The position numbers were made by a program, and so were the translations under genes. Source: a virus. Taken from it: a DNA stretch of 64,000 nucleotides. Below the pieces are notes generated by a model, which saw only the letters and a list, made by a program, of their open reading frames with translations, was not told the origin of the DNA and ran no database searches. Numbering within the stretch: the first letter of the stretch is position 1; each line of letters starts with the position of its first letter. Of this stretch, positions 17,607-26,883 are shown piece after piece. The stretch spans positions 1 to 64,000 of IMG/VR virus record IMGVR_UViG_3300048014_000057. One strand, 5' to 3'.

Positions 17607-19271
17607 ATGAACACTAAAATACGAGATAGAAAAATACCAGATGATTTTGTGGAGCAATACCATCTTCATAATTCTATTAATGGATTAGTTAAACATTATA
17701 ATTTTAACCCAATTAAAAGGTGGTTAAAAGAAGCTGGTCTTCCTGAATATCCCAAACAAAATCTTCATAGAGAAGATAAAATTGGCGTGGAAAATCTTAA
17801 AAAAATTATTTCTTCTTCCAAAACATTTTTAGAAGTTCGAGAAAAGATTAATGATGAATATGGTTTTCTTTATTCGAAAGGAAAAATTAAAGAATTCTGT
17901 GATAGGTCTAATATTTCTTATTCACATCTTTTTGATGAAATTTGGATGCCTACCAAAGAAGAATTGTTAGAAATCATTGAAAAAATTGGTGGAATTAATA
18001 AAAATAAAATTGCCGAATATTTTAATGTACCTTGGCAACATATTGATATATATTTAAAAAATTATAATATTAAAACCGAAAGATATTCAGGAACAATTAA
18101 AAAACCTGATGATCTAAATCAATTTATAGAAGATGCTAAAACATTAACAAGATTTCAATTAAGCAAAAAATATAACGTCTCTATTTCTGTTATTAAAAGA
18201 TGGGGAAAAGAAAATAATATTTCTATTAAAAAAGAATCAGATAATTGGAAACATCTTCGAAAAGAATATGATTTATTGAAAGAAAAAGTTATTGAATTAA
18301 ATAAAATTTATGATTGTGTAAAAATAGCAGAAATATTAAATCTTCCTTATACAAGAATAAGAAAAATTTTTAGAAGAAACAAAATTCCTGTAATTTCTCA
18401 TTCTTATAACAAATCCAAAGGAGAGTTAGAAGTTAAAGATTTTATTAATTCTTTGGGTGTTGAGTGTATTTCTCGAAAATTTACATATAAGGATAAATGT
18501 TTCGAAATTGATTGTTTTTGTCCTGAATTTAATTTTGGAATAGAATATTGTGGGGAATATTGGCATTCTTCTGAACAAAAAGAAAAAAATTATCATCAAT
18601 ATAAAACTATTTGGTTTCAGGAACAAGAAATAAAATTAATTACTATTTTTGAAAATGAATGGTATAATAAGAATGATATTATTAAATCAATAATTAAAAA
18701 TAATCTTGGTAAAACAGAAAATAAAATTATGGCAAGGAAATGTGAAATAAAAGAAATTTTAAATTCAGAAGCAAGAAAATTTATGGAGGAAAATCATATT
18801 CAGGGATATTATAATTCTACTGTAAATATAGGATTAATATATCAAGAAAATTTAGTACAGGTAATTTGTTTTTCTGCTTCTCGTTTTAATAAGAATTTTG
18901 AATGGGAAATTACCCGTATTGCTTCTAAAATTAATAATAATATTATAGGCGGAACTTCCCGTCTTTATTCTTACTTTGAAAAAATATATAAACCTTCTTC
19001 TATTATTTCCTATGCTGATCTTAGATTTTCAGAAGGTAAAATTTATAAAACTTTAGGATTTGATTTTCTTCATATGTCGGCTCCTAATTATTTTTATATT
19101 AAAAAAGGAGATCATAAACTTTATTCTCGTCAAAAATTTCAAAAACATAAATTAGAGAAAATATTACCTATTTTTGATGTAAATATTTCTGAAAAAGAAA
19201 ATATGAAAAATAATGATTATCTTCTTATTTACGATGCAGGAAATCTAGCATTTCAGAAAACCTATAAATAA
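17607..19271 (+). CDS. Hef-like homing endonuclease (HTH repeats + Vsr-like PD-(D/E)xK + conserved C-terminal domain)
   Basis: SKGE, EID.F.P..NFGIEY.G.YWHS, ARKC, NHIQG, RFNKN.EWE.TR, ISYAD.R, YDAG; paralogous to 34029 and 35437. Confidence 0.8.
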   Translation: MNTKIRDRKIPDDFVEQYHLHNSINGLVKHYNFNPIKRWLKEAGLPEYPKQNLHREDKIGVENLKKIISSSKTFLEVREKINDEYGFLYSKGKIKEFCDRSNISYSHLFDEIWMPTKEELLEIIEKIGGINKNKIAEYFNVPWQHIDIYLKNYNIKTERYSGTIKKPDDLNQFIEDAKTLTRFQLSKKYNVSISVIKRWGKENNISIKKESDNWKHLRKEYDLLKEKVIELNKIYDCVKIAEILNLPYTRIRKIFRRNKIPVISHSYNKSKGELEVKDFINSLGVECISRKFTYKDKCFEIDCFCPEFNFGIEYCGEYWHSSEQKEKNYHQYKTIWFQEQEIKLITIFENEWYNKNDIIKSIIKNNLGKTENKIMARKCEIKEILNSEARKFMEENHIQGYYNSTVNIGLIYQENLVQVICFSASRFNKNFEWEITRIASKINNNIIGGTSRLYSYFEKIYKPSSIISYADLRFSEGKIYKTLGFDFLHMSAPNYFYIKKGDHKLYSRQKFQKHKLEKILPIFDVNISEKENMKNNDYLLIYDAGNLAFQKTYK

Positions 19272-19308
19272 TAAATAAAAAGAAGAATTTTATAGGGAGA
19301 AATTATAA

Positions 19309-19959
19309 ATGACATTTGATATTAATCAATTTTTACAATTAGGATTAACCTATGGTGGGGCTAGACCATCTAAATTTGATGTCCAATTAACATTACCTAC
19401 AGCAATAAATTTTGATAATACTTTTTCCAGAAAATTAAATTTTACTTGTAAAGCAGCTTCTATTCCTGCTTTTCAAGTAGGTGAAATTATGATTCCTTAT
19501 TTCGGAAGAAAAGTTAAAACTGCTGGTGATAGAGTGTGGAATGATTGGAGAATCACTGTCATGCTTGATGAAGATTACATTACAAGAATTGGTTTTGAAA
19601 CTTGGAATAATGCTATTAATAATATTCAGACAAACGTAATGCAACAAAATTTAGATGGTTCTGTTGGTACTACCGGAGAAGGATATAAATGTGCTTGGAC
19701 TGTCACACAATATTCCAAAGATGGAACAAGTATTGCACAATATACTATTGAAAATGGATGGCCTAAAACTATTGGTCAAATGGTATTGGATTGGAATGGT
19801 ACAGATAGAATCTCGGAATTTGAAGTAGAAGTTGCTTTTGATAATTTTTATCCTTCAACTATTACCGGAGCAAAATTTTCCGGTCTTACGGGTACAAATT
19901 ATATTTCAACTCTTACAGATTCTACCACAACTTCAACAGGTGGAACTATAACTGTTTAA
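19309..19959 (+). CDS. gp19: Tail tube protein gp19
   Basis: GGARP..F.V, F.CKAASIP, PYFGR.VK.AGDR...DW..TV..DED...R..FE.W. Confidence 0.95.
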   Translation: MTFDINQFLQLGLTYGGARPSKFDVQLTLPTAINFDNTFSRKLNFTCKAASIPAFQVGEIMIPYFGRKVKTAGDRVWNDWRITVMLDEDYITRIGFETWNNAINNIQTNVMQQNLDGSVGTTGEGYKCAWTVTQYSKDGTSIAQYTIENGWPKTIGQMVLDWNGTDRISEFEVEVAFDNFYPSTITGAKFSGLTGTNYISTLTDSTTTSTGGTITV

Positions 19960-20085
19960 ATTATATAAAAAACTATAATCCAAAAATTAAGTAGGAGTAA
20001 TAAGAATACTCCTATCCAAAACCAATCATATAATGTATTTAAAAATTTAATTATATTAAATCTCCGAATTAAGCTAAATTAAAAT

Positions 20086-20277
20086 TTATTCTACTAGACT
20101 TTCTAAAACACTTTTTTCTAATTTTAAAAGAGATAATTTAAGAATATCCAGATCATATAATAATTTTTCTTTATCTTGCTTATCTTCTAAATTATAATAA
20201 GGTGTTACATTTAAAAAATCTTGAATATCTGAAAAAAAATCAGAATAATTTTCTACATTCTCATAAGAATTTTTCAT
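20086..20277 (-). CDS. Hypothetical protein (similar to 20298..20492)
   Basis: AAGGA RBS; shared LLY.LD.LK...L.LE motif. Confidence 0.55.
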   Translation of the reverse strand: MKNSYENVENYSDFFSDIQDFLNVTPYYNLEDKQDKEKLLYDLDILKLSLLKLEKSVLESLVE

Positions 20278-20297
20278 TTTTTTATTCCTTTTTTATA

Positions 20298-20492
20298 TTA
20301 ACAATAATTTTCTACAATAAGAGATTCTAAAAGTATAATTTCTTTTTTTAGTTTATCAAGTTTATATAATAATTCATTTCTTTTTACTATATTATCCATA
20401 TTTTTAATAACAGAATAATTTGTACCAGAAACCACAAAAGCCAAATCTAATACATTATAGAATTTTTCTATGATAAAATCTTCTTTTTCCAT
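20298..20492 (-). CDS. Hypothetical protein
   Basis: AGGAG RBS; 64 aa. Confidence 0.55.
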   Translation of the reverse strand: MEKEDFIIEKFYNVLDLAFVVSGTNYSVIKNMDNIVKRNELLYKLDKLKKEIILLESLIVENYC

Positions 20493-20505
20493 TTTATACT
20501 CCTAT

Positions 20506-20898
20506 TTATTTAATTTTTTTTAAAAATAATTCCTTAGCAAGATAAGGATATTCTTTATTATTTATAATATCCTGAATTATTTTTTTATTTAAATTCCACA
20601 AATGTCTTTTAATATATATTTCACATTTATAATGTTTATATTCTTCTAAATAATAAGTACGATATTTACCATATCTGGCACCTAAACACGTATCACAAGT
20701 ATATCTTTTGGCATCTTTATATCCATCAATAGGATCACAAAATTCTTCTGGGCAAATTAAAGTTCCTCTGCCACGACATTGATAACATTCCCATAAACCC
20801 TGTGAATTTTTTCTTACTCCTTTATCAAAAAGGAATTTTTCAAAGGGTTTAATTTTAGGATATTCAGGAAGATAGTCTTTTACTTTTAGTTTTTGCAT
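20506..20898 (-). CDS. DnaJ-type zinc-finger protein
   Basis: CYQCRGRG and CDTCLG motifs. Confidence 0.6.
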   Translation of the reverse strand: MQKLKVKDYLPEYPKIKPFEKFLFDKGVRKNSQGLWECYQCRGRGTLICPEEFCDPIDGYKDAKRYTCDTCLGARYGKYRTYYLEEYKHYKCEIYIKRHLWNLNKKIIQDIINNKEYPYLAKELFLKKIK

Positions 20899-20899
20899 T

Positions 20900-21091
20900 T
20901 TAACACCAAATAATATTATAGTGTGAGATTCTTTTTAGAATTATATTTTTTTGATATTTACTATAATCATCATAGTTTTTTTCAATATTTTCAAAAAAAT
21001 CTAATATATTATAATGAATTTGTTTATTATTTTGCAATTCTATTACTCCTTTTCCTTGTTGTTCTAAGAAACATTCATAATCATATATCAT
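20900..21091 (-). CDS. Hypothetical protein
   Basis: First ORF after a TTGACA promoter at ~21140. Confidence 0.5.
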   Translation of the reverse strand: MIYDYECFLEQQGKGVIELQNNKQIHYNILDFFENIEKNYDDYSKYQKNIILKRISHYNIIWC

Positions 21092-21185
21092 AATATCTTA
21101 TCATTTCTTATGTTGAGTTTATCAAAATTCGTAAAAATGTCAAGAGAAACAATAAATAAAATAAAAATAATAAAAGGAATTATCT

Positions 21186-24100
21186 TTGAAACTTTTTGGA
21201 TTCAATTTTGAACGTATTAAACCAACTTATGAAAATCCTATATCAAATTCCGCTTTATCCTTCGTGGAAAGGAATACAGAAGAAACAGCGGCAGTTATAT
21301 CGGCTTCGGCTTCTTTTGGAACATATGTAGATTTATCAGGAGTTATTAAAACAGAAGCAGAATTAATAACAAAATATAGAGATATGTTAGTTCAACCTGA
21401 AGTTGAAAATGCAGTTGATGAAATTATTAATGAAACTATTTGTACAGATGAAGATTATATTGTTAAAATTGATTTAGATGATTTACCTCTTGAGGATAAT
21501 TCAAAAGAAATTATTTCACAAGAATTTGAAGAAATTTTAAAATTATTAGATTTTAAATTTCATTCTTATGATATTTTCAAAAGATGGTATGTTGACGGAA
21601 GATTATATTATGATGTTGTAATCGATAATAATAATCCCATGGAAGGTATTAAAGAATTAAGATATATCGATCCAAGAAAAATTAGAGAAATTAAAGAAGT
21701 TGAAAAAAAGAAATTAGAAACTTCTGTAAAAAATACAAATAATATTGCAGAAATATCTACTGTAAAAAATGAATATTATTTATATAATGAAAAAGGATTT
21801 GGAGGAACCAATAAAACATCTCCTTCTTTACAAGGTTCGCAGGCTGCTGGAATAAGAATAGCCAAGGATTCTATCGTTCATGTACCATCTGGTTTAACCG
21901 ATGTCAATGGAACTATGGGTTTGGGATATCTTCATAAATGTCTTCCCGGAGATACCAGAATTAAAACACCTACTCCATTAGGTTGGAAATTACTAAGAGA
22001 TTTAAAAGTTGGAGATAAAGTTTATTCTTATAATTATGAGAATGATAGTCTAGAAGAAACAAAAATTACTAATAAATGGAATAATGGAGAAAAATCATTA
22101 TATAAAATAAGAACTAAATTTTCTGAATTATTTTGTACAGAAGATCACCCTATTCTTGTAAAAAATAAAGAAACAGGAGAAATATCTTATATTGAAATAA
22201 AGGATATTATAAAAGAAAACTATCAAATTTGTTTTATTAATAATTTAAATGTTGGTGAATTTAAAGACATTTCCTTTATACAAAATCTAAAAACTAAAAA
22301 ATTTGTATATGATATTGAAGTTGAAAATTCTCTACATAACTTTGTAGCCAATGATATGGTTGTTCATAATTGTATTAAAATTCTTAATCAATTAAGAACT
22401 ATTGAAGATTCTTTGATAATTTATCGTCTTGCAAGGGCTCCTGAAAGAAGAGTTTGGTATGTAGATGTTGGTGAATTACCCAAAGCTAAAGCAGAACAAT
22501 ATGTTCATGATATTATGATTTCCCAAAAAAATAGATTAATTTATGATGCTGATTCTGGTTGTTTTGCCATGGATACTAAGATTCCTCTACTTGATGGTAG
22601 AACTTTGACTATTGAAGAAATTTCCCATGAATATAAAGATAAGGAATTATGGGCCTATTCTTGTAATCCTGAAACTGGCAAAATGGAACCAGGATTAATT
22701 ACATGGGCCGGAGTGACACAAGAATCAGCTAAAGTCATGAAAATTACTCTGGATAATAATGAATCATTTGTTTGTACACCTGATCATAGATTTCCTACTT
22801 GGAATGGTCTTAAAAGAGCCTACCAATTAGAAGTAGGAGAATCGATGATACCTTTATATAGAAGAAATAAACAAATTGGTATAAATTCCAATGAATATGA
22901 AGAATTTTATAAGAATGATACTAAAGAATGGGAATTTACACATAGAGAAGTTTCTAACTGGAAAGATGAAAAAAATATAGAAAACGTATGGACTTATTAC
23001 GAGGATTATGAAAATAAATTAAAAAATACTATTCATCATAAAGATTTAAATAGATTTAATAATTCTCCTTCTAATTTAATCAAAATGAATAATCGAGATC
23101 ATATTCTTTATCATGCAAATTTAGTTAATGAATTAAATGATAAAAAATGGAATGGACCAGATGGAGAAAAAAATAAAAAAGAATTATCTAATTCTCAGAC
23201 TATTGAATATACAGATGAAATTTATTCATTTCTAGAAGAATCTGCAAAACAAGATTTATCCATGGAAGCGGTATGTGAATTTGTCAATGAAAATATTAAT
23301 AAAAAAGAATGGTGTTCTTTAAATAAAGGTAAATTAACAAGACTTAGAAATGTTTCTAATCTTGAATTTACATATAAAGATATATTAAGATTAGTTGAAG
23401 AAGAAGGATTTGATAATTGGAAATCCTATAGATTTTCTTTTAATAAAATATTGGGAAAATATAATACATATGAAGAAGCGGCGACTGATTTAGAAACATC
23501 AATTTCTGCTGTTCGTGGAAGACATTCTCGATATAGAAGAGATAAAAATATTTCTGAAAGAGGAAGCAAAGAATGGAAGGAAAAATTATCTAAATCTAGT
23601 TTAGGAAAAGTTAATTTTCATAAAAACTGGAAAATAACCACACCAGAAGGAAACGAAGAATATTCTGAAAATCTTACTGAATATTGTCGAGAAAAAAATA
23701 TCAATAGAAGTAATATTAAAGGTGTTTTTGGTTCACATGGTTATCATGCCGAAGAACTAAGGAACCACAAAATTACATCAATTGAATACCTAGATAAAGA
23801 AATTCAGGTAGGAACATTGACTATTGATGGAAAAGAAGAATACCACAAATATCATACCTTCGCGTTAAATAGTATTTATACATTTAACTCAATAAAAGAT
23901 GATAGGAAGTTCATGACCATGCTTGAGGACTACTGGCTTCCACGTAGAGCGGATGGAAGTGGAACACAAGTAACAAATCTTCCTGGTGGAAAAACTCTAG
24001 GTGAAATAGAAGATATTCTTTATTTTCAAAAACAACTTTATAATTCTTTAAATGTTCCTGTTGCAAGAATTAATCCTGATGCTCCTTTTATGTTGGGAAG

Positions 24101-24707
24101 AACACAAGAAATATCTCGTGATGAAATCAAATTTGATAAGTTTATTAATAGATTACGTCATCAATTTTCTTTACTTTTTACAAGATGTTTAGAAAAACAA
24201 GTTGTACTTAAAGGTTATATGACGATTGAAGAATGGGATGAAATTAAAAAAGAAATAAAATATGAATATTCTAGAGATAATCATTTTTCCGAATTAAAAG
24301 ATGCAGAAATTCTTGCCAATAGATTACAAACACTTGCACTTATTCAACCCTATGTTGGTGGTTATTATTCACATAAATGGATAAGAAGAAATATTCTTAT
24401 GCAAACCGATGAAGATATTGAAAGAATGACTGCTGAAATTTCACAAGAAATGGCTGATCCATTATATCAAATGATGCAACAGCAACAAATGGCAATAATG
24501 AATGGCGGAGTTGATCCACAACAAGAATTAGATCAAGAACAAGAATCTTCTTCCAATCCTCCAAATAGAAAAGAATATGATACTTCTGTTAAAGTTGATA
24601 ACGCCAAACATATCATTAGAGCCCTTCACGATATCAAGGATAAAACTCCTGAAGAAGAAAATAAATTACGTTCTGCTGCTGTTATTATATCCAAAAATAA
24701 AAAATAA
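21186..24707 (+). CDS. gp20: Portal protein gp20 with two inteins (spliced product ~586 aa)
   Basis: LFGF, WYVDGR, ELRYIDPRK, NQLR.IED..IIYRLARAPERRV.YVDVG.LP, MLEDYWLPRR, LPGG, RDEIKF.KFI.RL. Confidence 0.97.
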   Translation: MKLFGFNFERIKPTYENPISNSALSFVERNTEETAAVISASASFGTYVDLSGVIKTEAELITKYRDMLVQPEVENAVDEIINETICTDEDYIVKIDLDDLPLEDNSKEIISQEFEEILKLLDFKFHSYDIFKRWYVDGRLYYDVVIDNNNPMEGIKELRYIDPRKIREIKEVEKKKLETSVKNTNNIAEISTVKNEYYLYNEKGFGGTNKTSPSLQGSQAAGIRIAKDSIVHVPSGLTDVNGTMGLGYLHKCLPGDTRIKTPTPLGWKLLRDLKVGDKVYSYNYENDSLEETKITNKWNNGEKSLYKIRTKFSELFCTEDHPILVKNKETGEISYIEIKDIIKENYQICFINNLNVGEFKDISFIQNLKTKKFVYDIEVENSLHNFVANDMVVHNCIKILNQLRTIEDSLIIYRLARAPERRVWYVDVGELPKAKAEQYVHDIMISQKNRLIYDADSGCFAMDTKIPLLDGRTLTIEEISHEYKDKELWAYSCNPETGKMEPGLITWAGVTQESAKVMKITLDNNESFVCTPDHRFPTWNGLKRAYQLEVGESMIPLYRRNKQIGINSNEYEEFYKNDTKEWEFTHREVSNWKDEKNIENVWTYYEDYENKLKNTIHHKDLNRFNNSPSNLIKMNNRDHILYHANLVNELNDKKWNGPDGEKNKKELSNSQTIEYTDEIYSFLEESAKQDLSMEAVCEFVNENINKKEWCSLNKGKLTRLRNVSNLEFTYKDILRLVEEEGFDNWKSYRFSFNKILGKYNTYEEAATDLETSISAVRGRHSRYRRDKNISERGSKEWKEKLSKSSLGKVNFHKNWKITTPEGNEEYSENLTEYCREKNINRSNIKGVFGSHGYHAEELRNHKITSIEYLDKEIQVGTLTIDGKEEYHKYHTFALNSIYTFNSIKDDRKFMTMLEDYWLPRRADGSGTQVTNLPGGKTLGEIEDILYFQKQLYNSLNVPVARINPDAPFMLGRTQEISRDEIKFDKFINRLRHQFSLLFTRCLEKQVVLKGYMTIEEWDEIKKEIKYEYSRDNHFSELKDAEILANRLQTLALIQPYVGGYYSHKWIRRNILMQTDEDIERMTAEISQEMADPLYQMMQQQQMAIMNGGVDPQQELDQEQESSSNPPNRKEYDTSVKVDNAKHIIRALHDIKDKTPEEENKLRSAAVIISKNKK
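21939..22370 (+). mobile_element. Mini-intein (144 aa) in portal
   Basis: YLHK|CLPGDTRI ... TEDHP ... VYDIEV..HNFVAN..VVHN|CIK. Confidence 0.93.
22560..23888 (+). mobile_element. Intein (443 aa) with HNH endonuclease in portal
   Basis: DADSG|CFAMDTKIPLLDG ... TPDHRF ... IHHKD.N..NN.P.NL......H...H ... YHTFAL..IYTFN|SIKDDRK. Confidence 0.9.
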
Positions 24708-24739
24708 TAAATATATAGAATTTATATAGGAGAATTTAT

Positions 24740-25453
24740 ATGTTAAAGGAAGCTAATAAAGCTAATAAATCAAGAAAAAATTTGCTTATGAAAAAAATTG
24801 GAAAAGAATTTTTTAAAAATAATGATTCTAATGAACATTCTGAATATGATAATAAAACAATGGGAAGAAAAATTTCTAAAGATTCTCCTAAAGATTTTAA
24901 AGAAATAGCGTCAAAAAATAAGGATAAAAAAAATTATATGCCTAAATTATCAAAAGAATCTTATATTCCTAATTCCGAAAATTTAGAGGAAGCTATGAAG
25001 TGGAAATTTCTTCAATATGATTCAAGAGAAGAAGCAAAAAATGCAAGAGAAGAACATTTTAAAACTAACTCTGGTAATCCATGTAGGCATTTAGTCGGTA
25101 ATAAATTAGCTTATGTCGGTACTTTTCATGGAACTTTGCCTACTAATAAAAAAGATAAAAAAATGCCTCCTTATTTTGAATCTTATATTCCTCTTCTTGA
25201 TTCTATCATAACCAAACAACCTGTCAAATTTAAATCTTTATTTGAATCTTTATTAAAAGAAAAGGCTAATCTTTATATTGAAGATATTAAAAATAATCTT
25301 CATAAGAACGTTTTCAATATAAAAGAAGATTCGGATTCTTTAAATTTAAATGATCCAAATGTTATTAAAAATAAAAAAAATATGAATCCTCCTAAAATTA
25401 AAAAAGTCGGTGATGTAGGAAATACAGCTATTGATACTTCTAATGATTTATAA
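24740..25453 (+). CDS. Putative prohead core/internal head protein
   Basis: Position directly after portal (gp67/gp68 slot); late promoter; highly charged; shares a module with 25463. Confidence 0.6.
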   Translation: MLKEANKANKSRKNLLMKKIGKEFFKNNDSNEHSEYDNKTMGRKISKDSPKDFKEIASKNKDKKNYMPKLSKESYIPNSENLEEAMKWKFLQYDSREEAKNAREEHFKTNSGNPCRHLVGNKLAYVGTFHGTLPTNKKDKKMPPYFESYIPLLDSIITKQPVKFKSLFESLLKEKANLYIEDIKNNLHKNVFNIKEDSDSLNLNDPNVIKNKKNMNPPKIKKVGDVGNTAIDTSNDL

Positions 25454-25462
25454 GAGGATAAC

Positions 25463-26098
25463 ATGAAAACATTTAGAGAATTATTAGAAGCTAAAATAAC
25501 CCAAGATTTAATAAAAACTGTTCCCCATGCTCCTGGTGAAAAAAAATTTTATGATAAACACATACAATTTGATATTCTTAAAAATTTTCGTCAACAAGGT
25601 AATGATGAATTATTCAATGGAACTATAGTAAAAACTTTCCCAAGAAAAGAAAATCATTTTGGTAATGATGAAGATCAATCTATTACCGCATATGAATCAG
25701 AAGAATTAAAGGAAAATTGGAAATATCTTCAATATGATACAGACACAGAAGCAAAAAATGCCAGAGAAGAACATTTTTCAAAAAAAGGTGGTGCATGTAG
25801 AATGTTACCTGGAAACAAATTGAAATATGCCGGAGATTTTCTTGGAACTAAACCAAAACGTAAAAAAATGACAGCGGATGGAAGTCATATTGTAGATAAA
25901 GATCGTAGTTATACAGATTTTGTAAATAAACATAATATGAGAGAATCAAATATTAATGAATCCGAGAAAAAGAGACATATTTTTATAGATGGAAAATGGG
26001 CCGCTACTTCCACTTGGGATAAAAATAATAAGGAAGCCTACAAAAATTTTAAGAAAACACATCCTAGTTTAAATAAAGTTAAAATAGAAAAAGGATAG
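25463..26098 (+). CDS. Putative internal head protein with capsid-targeting-like N-terminus
   Basis: MKTFRELLE resembles T4 internal-protein leaders; several (L/I)xE sites. Confidence 0.6.
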   Translation: MKTFRELLEAKITQDLIKTVPHAPGEKKFYDKHIQFDILKNFRQQGNDELFNGTIVKTFPRKENHFGNDEDQSITAYESEELKENWKYLQYDTDTEAKNAREEHFSKKGGACRMLPGNKLKYAGDFLGTKPKRKKMTADGSHIVDKDRSYTDFVNKHNMRESNINESEKKRHIFIDGKWAATSTWDKNNKEAYKNFKKTHPSLNKVKIEKG

Positions 26099-26107
26099 TG
26101 GAATTTA

Positions 26108-26539
26108 ATGTTTTATAGTGTAAAAAATATAATATTTGGTTTACCTGCGGGTTCTAATAATATTGGATCAGTAACTTCATTTCAAAATGGAACAACTGGT
26201 CTAGATTATTCGAGCAATAAACCAACATTACCAAATACATATCAAAACTTTTCAAATTCAGGACCATATTCTAATTATGTTTTTATAACTTCTGTTTCTG
26301 CTAATACTTCAAGAAATAATATTGATATTGAAAATAATTCTGGTTCACAAATAGTAATTATAAGGGATGACGGAACTTCAGCTAATAATACTACTCTAAA
26401 TAATTCTTCTGTATTTACATTAGCAGGAGGAAGTGGAATAGGTTCACAAGGTGGTTCTTGGTTTTCGAGTACCTTTAAAGGAAGAATACAAATTTACGCA
26501 TCATCTAATACCGCACAAGTTGCAGTTATGACAGAATAA
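26108..26539 (+). CDS. Hypothetical virion protein (N/S/G-rich)
   Basis: In late head operon; beta-rich composition. Confidence 0.6.
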   Translation: MFYSVKNIIFGLPAGSNNIGSVTSFQNGTTGLDYSSNKPTLPNTYQNFSNSGPYSNYVFITSVSANTSRNNIDIENNSGSQIVIIRDDGTSANNTTLNNSSVFTLAGGSGIGSQGGSWFSSTFKGRIQIYASSNTAQVAVMTE

Positions 26540-26549
26540 AGGAAGAAAA

Positions 26550-26825
26550 ATGGCATCATTAATTAAAATAATAGGTCAGGAACAATCATTTATTACGGCA
26601 AATACATTTTCCAATGAAACATCTAATACAATAGCAGGATGGAATTCTATAAGAATTATTAATACTGGTACTACTGCTGCTGTTGTTACTGTTAATTCAA
26701 ATCCTACGGCAAATCTTACACTTATGCCTTCTTCTGAAATAATTGTTAAAAAATCTTCCAATACAACTATACAGGCTTCTAATTCTACATTACTTGGTGT
26801 TTTAGTGGGGTTTGAAAACAATTAG
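26550..26825 (+). CDS. Hypothetical small virion protein
   Basis: AAGGA RBS; in late operon. Confidence 0.6.
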   Translation: MASLIKIIGQEQSFITANTFSNETSNTIAGWNSIRIINTGTTAAVVTVNSNPTANLTLMPSSEIIVKKSSNTTIQASNSTLLGVLVGFENN

Positions 26826-26883
26826 ATGTACCCATTTTTTATGTACAATAATAAATACTCTTTTATAAAATAAGGAAATATAA

